A DNA stretch of 25,696 nucleotides from an uncultured Wenzhouxiangellaceae bacterium (GTDB lineage Bacteria; Pseudomonadota; Gammaproteobacteria; Xanthomonadales; SZUA-36), in the NCBI GenBank assembly GCA_964479355.1, contig CAYZLS010000003.1, forward strand, positions 1-25,696, read 5' to 3'. This document shows positions 1 through 6,616 of the stretch, piece by piece. The notes beneath the pieces were generated by a model, which made no database searches, was not told where the DNA came from, and was given only the letters and a program-made list of their open reading frames with translations. Position 1 is the stretch's first letter. Each line of letters starts with the position of its first letter. A program made the translations under genes and the position numbers.

Positions 1-429
1 GATCATCGCGCAAACGCCGATAGGCTCGTTGAGGATCACTGAGTTGCCCACTTCTTTGCTCTCTTCCATATTCCGGGCCTTAACCGCAAACGATTCGCAA
101 ATAATGGCCAAAGGATCTACCTGGAATTCGGCGGCATTTTGCACTGGCATGCCCAATTCATCAATGATTGTCTGGGTCAGATCAGCGCTTCTTTTTTCAC
201 CCTCTACCGCAAGTTTTCTCAAAAAACCGGCTCTTTCAGCGGCAGAGGTCTGGCACCAGGAAGCAAACGCCTTTTTGGCTGCGCTTACCGCAGCGTCAAC
301 ATCTTCAGCATTGCCATAGGGCACTGTGGCTGATATTTCACCATTGGCAGGGTTGATAACCTGGCTGGTACCCTTGCCGATCGGCTCAACCCACTGGCCA
401 TTGATATAAAATTTGTCGTACGTTCTCAT
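1..429 (-). CDS. Aldehyde dehydrogenase family protein, N-terminal 143 aa (runs off the left edge; absent from the ORF track)
   Basis: Manual translation from ATG at 429: MRTYDKFYINGQWVEPIGKGTSQVINPANGE...DVDAAVSAAKKAF...ELGMP...NEPIGVCAMI, a typical ALDH N-terminus (YING-W, NPA-GE, EPIGV before the expected PWN). AAGGA RBS upstream. Confidence 0.93.
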   Translation of the reverse strand, partial: MRTYDKFYINGQWVEPIGKGTSQVINPANGEISATVPYGNAEDVDAAVSAAKKAFASWCQTSAAERAGFLRKLAVEGEKRSADLTQTIIDELGMPVQNAAEFQVDPLAIICESFAVKARNMEESKEVGNSVILNEPIGVCAMI

Positions 430-468
430 GCTGTATCCTTTCGCTGTTTCAATGTGATCAAGAGCCTG

Positions 469-2529
469 TTATTCAATTAAAACACGGTCAACCCTAACGG
501 GCATATCCCGGTCTATTTCGCAATCCAGTTCGCGTGCGTACTTATGACCGGCATAAACTGCAGCGGCAATTATCGCCGGTGCCTCGGCATCACCAATTCG
601 CTTGACGGATTTCGGTGTGCCATCGACTTTATTTTCAATCGCATCAAGCAGGTCGTGATAGAGCTTGTCTTGCGGCACCCGGCAAGTAACCAGCACCAGG
701 TTCTGGGCTTTGATCGTTTGACCAAGCCCCGTAAAGGCACAGCTCAAGCTCGCATTTTCGTCATCAAAACCGGCCAGTTCCTGGTTAAGAATGATATGCA
801 CGCCGATTTCTGCCAAACGCCTGTGTACGCGGATTTGCTCGTCGGTATAACTGCACCAGTTTGATACCTTCGAGTTCGGTGTCACGTAGTAGACCTCATT
901 TCCATTTAGCCTGAGTTTTTCAGCCATTAAACTGGCCATGTAAAAGCCATCGTCATCAAACACCAAAACAGAACCACTGGGCAAATGACCGGCCATGATG
1001 TCATCGGGCGTAAACATCTTGTCCCGCGGCGGCAAGGGGTCAATGGCCGTGGTACAGGTGATGCCGTAACCATCACGGCGCCATTTGGATCCGGTGGCAA
1101 TGGCAACATGTCCCGCACCCACTTCGAGGATATCTGCCAGGGTTAATTCACTTTCCCGGTAAATTTCAACATTGGCCATTTTTTTCTACTGACCCACGCG
1201 GTATTCTTTCACCGGCACCCATTCAGATAAGCCGGGTAATTGAGATTCAGCACTAACCCTTCCACCCAACTCGCGGGTGGCTTCAGCCAATATGACCTTA
1301 TACCCCCGTTGACCCAAAGCGCGGGCTGCTTCCAGGCCTGTTGGTCCGGCCCCGACAACCAGCACCAGATCATCCGAGCCTTTGGCTGCAATATTTTCAG
1401 GATGCCATCCACGACACCATTCTTCACCCATGGTGGGGTTTTGGGTGCACCGAATTGGGTAATGTTTGCTGTCACTGGTGTAACAGATATTGCAGCCAAT
1501 GCATTCACGTATATCTTCAAGCCGATCCTGTGCAATTTTGTTTGGCAAAAACGGGTCGGCAATGGAAGGTCGTGCTGTACCGATAAAATCAACAATACCT
1601 CGCCTGACCTGGCTCACCATGGTGTCGGGAGAGGTGAAGCGTCCGACGGTTACCACCGGCTTGGTGGTTTTCGATTTCACTGTGGCCATATAATTTTCGA
1701 GTGAACCCTCTTTGACGAACCGCGAGACCCCCATTTCCAATGAATAGTCCCAGATGTTGATATCCCATAAATCCGGTAACTCGGCCATGGCTTCAAATAT
1801 TTCCATGCGGTCACCGTGCACCGGAGTGCCATCCGGCCCCCCGCCATCATCAACGGTGTAGCGAACGGCTACGGCGCAGGTGTCACCCACGGCATCTTTG
1901 GTATCTTCGATAATTTCACGCACCAGCCGCATGCGATTGTCCTGGCTGCCACCATATTCGTCGGTGCGGGTATTCAAGGTCGGGTTAAGAAAATTATCCA
2001 GCAAATAATGATGCGTTGCATACACATAGACAATATCAAAGCCTGCCTGTTTTGCCCGTAAGGCTGCATTCCGGTGCCAACGGCGCAGCTCCACGATATC
2101 GGCTTTGGTCATGGCGCGTGACTGGTACGGGTTACCTTCCCAGTTGGGCATTGATGCCACATCTATCGGCACCTCCCTGCTGAGAAGGTTAGGTGACCTG
2201 CTACCGCCAACCCAAAGCTCGACACCCGCCAACGCACCGTGCTGGTGAACCTTGTTGGTCATCAGGCGGTGGGCGCGGATATCGTGATCGTCCCACAAAG
2301 TGTGCGTGGGCATGGGGATGTCATCAGATACCGGATGGATAGAACAATATTCAGTACAGACCACACCCCAGCCACCCTCAGCCTTGGTGGCGCGTACATC
2401 CGCAACCATATGCGGGCGCAGCCAGCCCATACCGGTGCAGTGCGGAACTTGGTAAAAACGGTTTTTGGCCGTCACCGGGCCAATGACCACAGGCTCAAAT
2501 AAGGATTTGTAACGTGGATCACAATCCAT
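469..2529 (-). pseudogene. Trimethylamine/dimethylamine/histamine dehydrogenase-family FMN/[4Fe-4S] flavoenzyme (OYE-like barrel plus nucleotide-binding domains), split by one in-frame TAG at 1186-1188
   Basis: KNRFYQVPHC (covalent-FMN Cys motif), KAEGGW, TEYCSI, VELW, DIVYVYATH, ARPSIADP, CIGCNIC-x11-C Fe-S motif, VVGAGPTG. ORFs 1186-2529 and 469-1179 share a frame: ...CGC GTG GGT CAG TAG AAA AAA ATG GCC AAT = RVGQ*KKMAN. Confidence 0.9.
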
Positions 2530-2568
2530 AAGGTGTCACTATTCGCTGAGTTAATATTAGGTTCTGCG

Positions 2569-2602
2569 TGCAATTATCAATTGCAATCAGGAAGATATCT
2601 TC
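2569..2602. promoter_or_regulatory. Candidate operator(s) upstream of the dehydrogenase: TGCAATT-N3-AATTGCA and GAAGATATCTTC palindromes
   Basis: Perfect inverted repeats at 2569-2585 and 2591-2602 in an AT-rich intergenic stretch 40-75 nt upstream of ATG 2529. Confidence 0.45.
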
Positions 2603-2674
2603 TTTCTCTATAGGCACGCAACACATAATGAGCAAGATGATATTTGCAACCAGCTCACCCTGAAAACATTTATT

Positions 2675-3016
2675 GTGCGTGTACGCTTGGTATCATTTAT
2701 TGTTGGAGGTGATGGTGAAATGCATGCGCAGGGCCAGTTTGGCAACCTGAGGAAAACACCACCCACTTACATATATACCCGTTGGGTATTGGTCGCTTTC
2801 ACTGTTCTGATGATGCTGAGTTCACTTTTCTTTGCGCCGGTTTGGATCTTTCGCAAACTCAGGGGAAAGCTCGGTAGAGGCAACTTGTTGGTTCGATCCC
2901 TGCCGTTATTTGCCACACTGGCTTTTGCTATCTTAATCGTCCTGATCATGGCGGGGCTCGCTGATATGAGCCGACAAACCGGCAACGGTACATTTTGTAC
3001 TTCCTGGCAAACCTGA
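2675..3016 (+). pseudogene. Orphan fragment of a membrane protein (two hydrophobic helices); resembles, from recollection only, the C-terminal membrane tail of some serine-hydrolase/beta-lactamase-family proteins
   Basis: TRWVLVAFTVLMMLSSLFFAPVWIFRKLRGKLGRG and LLVRSLPLFATLAFAILIVLIMAGL look like real TM helices with a positive-inside loop. No good start/RBS, and an abrupt end. Confidence 0.4.
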
Positions 3017-3115
3017 AACATGCTTACAAGTAGTTGAATTTTTGCAACAATCAAGTAAAGTGCAGTGATACTCGTGCAATATGCGGGCTAGTACTGAAGA
3101 TTAGTGGGGAGGCCC

Positions 3116-4763
3116 ATGAAAAGAAGAAAATTCATCACCCAATCCAGCCTGCTCGGTACGGCAGTTGTCGTATCTCCTGCGGGGTTTCTTCAGGCACAAT
3201 CGAGCGAGGGACCTGTCCGGGCTGACCTGATCATAAAGAGTGCCGGCGTCTACACGATGGACGAAAAACGGCCGCTTGGCGGTTGGATCGGATGACGACC
3301 TCAAATCTCTTGAAGGCCCGGGAACCACGACGATTGATGGTACGGGAACCACGGTCACGCCCGGATTCATCGATGCGCACAGCCATCCGGATGGCGCCGA
3401 CGAAGTGACTGGTGCAGACGTTAACCTGCGCAGCATCGCCGAAATCAAGGATGCGATGCACACACAAGCGGCAAACACTATGCCGGGCCAGTGGGTAACA
3501 GGCAACAAGTATGACGATACCAAGCTGAGCGATGAACGGCCGGTCAACCGATATGACCTGGATGAAGCTGTTCCCCTGCAACCGGCCATCATTATCCACC
3601 GCGGCGGACACACTGCAGTGGTGAATTCACGAGGACTCGAAATTGCCGGAGTGAACAAAAATACGCCGGATCCCGAAGGTGGACAGTACGGGCGCGAAGA
3701 GGGTGATCTCACCGGGTATGTTGCAGAACACGCTCTCGAAGTGATGTATGACACAGGAAGTTGGCCCGAGATCACACCAGAGGTCAGACAGCAGGGCGTG
3801 GCGCTCATGTCCCGCGCCATGGCCGCGTCTGGCCTGACCTCCACCACGGATGCCTGGGGCACTACCGAAGGCTTCACCGCATTCCAGGACGCACGTGCCG
3901 CAGGTCAATTGTTGACCCGATTGAGTTACATGCCCCGCGGTACACAGCCCATTTACGCGGCTTTGAAGCAGGCCGGCATCCGCAGCGGTTTTGGAGACGA
4001 CTGGATTCGCATTGGCGCCGTTAAGTACTCAGCCGATGGCTCGGCCAGCGAGCGCACCATGCGTATGAGCACCCCGTTTGAAGGACGACCGGAAGACTAC
4101 GGCATCCTCACCATGTCCCAGGAAGAAATCGACACGGCCGTGGAAGATGCCATCGCCAATGGTTTCCGGATAGGGATTCATGCCAACGGTGACGTCACCA
4201 TCGATATGGTATTGAAGGCCTATGAAAAGGCGCTTGCCGGATGGGAAGGCCCGAACCCCAGGCTCCGGCTCGAGCACTGCTCTCTGGTGAATCCGGATCT
4301 GCTGAAAAGAATCAAGGATACGGGATCAATTCCAACTCCGTTTTACACATATGCTCATTTTCACGGAAATAAGTGGCTGGACTATGGGCCTGAGAAAATG
4401 GAGTGGATGTTCGCGCACAAATCATTCCTGGATTACGGCATCCCGGTGGCCCCGGCCTCGGACTACATGCCCGGCCCGTTCGAGCCCCTGATGGCCATCC
4501 AGAGCATGGTCACGCGCAAAGATTTCAAGGGCCGTGTATGGGGGCCGAGTCAACGAATCACGGTGGCCCAGGCAATGAAAATCTGCACAGTCAACGGCGC
4601 ATATGCCTCTATGGAAGAAAACATCAAGGGCAGCATTACACCCGGTAAACTGGCCGACTTGGTGGTCCTGGCCGCAGACCCGCACGACACCATCGACGAC
4701 CAGATCAAAAATATTCCGGTGTTGAGAACCATTGTTGACGGCAAGACCGTCCACGAGGCGTGA
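3116..4763 (+). pseudogene. Tat-exported amidohydrolase-3 (YtcJ-like) with a frameshifting deletion near 3275
   Basis: GGGGAGG RBS then ATG 3116 MKRRKFITQSSLLG...AQS (twin-Arg signal) and ADLIIKSAGVYTMDEKRP; continues in another frame as LAVGSDD...PGFIDAHSH...IGIHANGD...RLEHCS...PASDY...GSITPGKLADLVVL. Confidence 0.88.
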
Positions 4764-4787
4764 GGGTCGCTATCCGGATAGATAAAA

Positions 4788-4834
4788 TGCTGGGCCCTGA
4801 AGGATTTGAACCTTCGACCAATCGACTATGAATC
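4788..4834 (-). mobile_element. 3' half of a tRNA with CAT anticodon (Ile2/Met type), degenerate; probable att core of an integrative element
   Basis: Minus strand reads GA TT CAT AG TCGAT TGGTC GAAGG TTCAAAT CCTTC AGGGCCC A GCA: anticodon loop, variable loop, perfect T-stem (GAAGG/CCTTC), T-loop, acceptor 3' strand, CCA changed to GCA. No D-arm or 5' acceptor strand upstream. Confidence 0.85.
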
Positions 4835-4864
4835 AAACTGTTGTCCTTTTTAATCAATGCGTTA
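4831..4864 (+). promoter_or_regulatory. Two IHF-consensus sites (WATCAANNNNTTR), 21 bp apart, abutting the tRNA fragment
   Basis: AATCAA-ACTG-TTG at 4831-4843 and AATCAA-TGCG-TTA at 4852-4864 both match the consensus exactly. Confidence 0.7.
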
Positions 4865-5188
4865 TTTAGCTCTATTCCAGGGGAGTAGCCCAAGCGACAG
4901 ACTCCCATATTCAGCGTTTCATGATTTGGACCCTTCAGGGCCTGAGTGTAGAAGCGGGCTTCCAGTTTGTGCTTTTGGTCAGCCTCGCCGACGGTCGCAG
5001 AAAAATAGTTGACGGCGTTCATTGCCGCCCGGGTCCTGTTTCCGCCAGGTCACGCACCAACGTGCGCGCCGCCAGCAGGTAGTGAAAGCTGGACCAGTTA
5101 CTGCACCGTAACCCACAACACAGGAGTTTACGGCGTTTTCAAGCCGACCACTTAAGTAACGTACAATCCGAGTTACCACATTCCAAAC

Positions 5189-5204
5189 AGGCAGCATAAT
5201 TGCC
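5189..5204 (+). promoter_or_regulatory. Possible sigma-54 (-24/-12) promoter for the MFS gene
   Basis: AGGCAGCATAATTGCC: GG(5190-91)-N10-GC(5202-03) with GGCA and TTGC halves, about 60 nt upstream of GTG 5263. Confidence 0.4.
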
Positions 5205-5262
5205 AGAAAATTCAGACGAGGACGTGATTGGTTAGATTGATATCCACCCAAAGTAAGCAACC

Positions 5263-6576
5263 GTGATTGTGTTCAACAATTCTGTAGTTCTGCGCCGCTC
5301 GCTTTACATGTTTGGGCTGATTCTCGCAGGTGAAGCGGTGTTTACGTTGCCGTTTCACGTGACGCGGTTTTTTCGTCCCACGGTCCTCGAGGTGTTTTCA
5401 CTCTCTGCCACCGAACTGGGTGCCGCACAGGGCGTTTACGGCATTCTCGCGATGCTGTCCTATTTTCCGGGCGGACCCTTGGCCGACCGGTTCCAGGCGC
5501 GCAAATTGCTCGCCGTATCGTTGTGGTTAACCGCCGCGGGCGGCCTTTATATGGCAACTTTTCCTGACTACAGGGGCACACTGATACTGTGGGGCTTTTT
5601 TGGTATCACCTCGATATTACTGTTCTGGGCGGCCTTGATTCGGGCGACACGGGATTGGGGTGGCCACGACAGACAAGGGCGCGCATTCGGGCTGCTGGAT
5701 GGCGGTCGCGGCCTGCTCGCCGCAATCCTGGCTTCCCTGGGTGTGCTTTCGTTTTCGTTTGCCTTTCCCGAAGGCTATGCGGCGGCGAATTTCGAACAAA
5801 AAGAGGGCGCGCTACGCCTGATCATCCATGGCTATACCGCCGTGACCGCTACCGCGGGTGTATTTATTTGGTTTACCATCTCGGATGGACATCCCTCCGG
5901 TGAGTCCGGCGTGGAGGCGTGGAAGCCACAAACCGAGAACGTTTGGACTCATATCCTGCGCGTGCTGCGTATACCGGCCGTTTGGTTGCAGGCTGTCATC
6001 GTCGTCTGTGCCTATGTCGGCTACAAGGGCTTCGACAATTATTCACTGTTTGCAGTGCAAGGCTATAGCCTGGACGAAGTCGAAGCTGCCCGCATCGTCG
6101 CCATCGGTTCCTGGATGCGACCCATTGCGGCAATCGGCGCCGGCTTGCTTGGTGACCGTTTCAATGTTTCTCGCATGACATTGATCCTGTTCGCCCTGTT
6201 GCTCGTATCAGATCTGTTTTTTGCGCTCTCCACGCCGATAACGGGCGCCGCATGGGTCATGCTCGGCAACACCCTGCTGACCTGCATTGCAATTTTCGGC
6301 TTTCGTGGCCTTTACTTTGCGCTGTTCGAGGAGGCGAAGGTACCCGCGGCGGTCACCGGCACCGCCGTCGGACTGGTATCGGTCGTAGGCTTCACGCCCG
6401 ACATCTTTGTCACCTTCGTGGCAGGTGTCCTGATCGATCGCTCACCGGGTCTGGCCGGGCACCAACACTTCTTCCTGTTCCTGTCGGTGTTCGCTGTTAT
6501 CGGCCTGATGGCAAGCATTGCAATGATGCGCCTTGCGCACTCTGCAGAACAACTCACTGGCGATTGCCGGGACTGA
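5263..6576 (+). CDS. Major facilitator superfamily transporter (437 aa)
   Basis: About 12 hydrophobic segments; motif-A-like GPLADRFQAR and GLLGDRFNVSR; QGRAFGLLDGGRG. Start (GTG) uncertain. Confidence 0.92.
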   Translation: MIVFNNSVVLRRSLYMFGLILAGEAVFTLPFHVTRFFRPTVLEVFSLSATELGAAQGVYGILAMLSYFPGGPLADRFQARKLLAVSLWLTAAGGLYMATFPDYRGTLILWGFFGITSILLFWAALIRATRDWGGHDRQGRAFGLLDGGRGLLAAILASLGVLSFSFAFPEGYAAANFEQKEGALRLIIHGYTAVTATAGVFIWFTISDGHPSGESGVEAWKPQTENVWTHILRVLRIPAVWLQAVIVVCAYVGYKGFDNYSLFAVQGYSLDEVEAARIVAIGSWMRPIAAIGAGLLGDRFNVSRMTLILFALLLVSDLFFALSTPITGAAWVMLGNTLLTCIAIFGFRGLYFALFEEAKVPAAVTGTAVGLVSVVGFTPDIFVTFVAGVLIDRSPGLAGHQHFFLFLSVFAVIGLMASIAMMRLAHSAEQLTGDCRD

Positions 6577-6616
6577 ATGAAACTAATGAATATCGCAATC
6601 AGCCAAGCACCGCTGC

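Noticed and set aside
1186-1188. Pyrrolysine decoding of the amber codon in a methylamine-related enzyme
   Set aside because: Pyl is established in methylamine methyltransferases, not flavin dehydrogenases; no pyl genes are in the window; the position corresponds to an ordinary hydrophobic residue.
3101-3877. 258-aa antisense ORF
   Set aside because: Shadow of the amidohydrolase on the opposite strand; no motifs.
4788-4834. Functional tRNA gene
   Set aside because: The 5' acceptor strand and D-arm are missing and the CCA end is altered; only the 3' half is present.
4705-5022. 105-aa minus-strand ORF as an integrase or real gene
   Set aside because: It reads through the att site and overlaps the amidohydrolase 3' end; no R-H-R-Y or serine-recombinase motifs.
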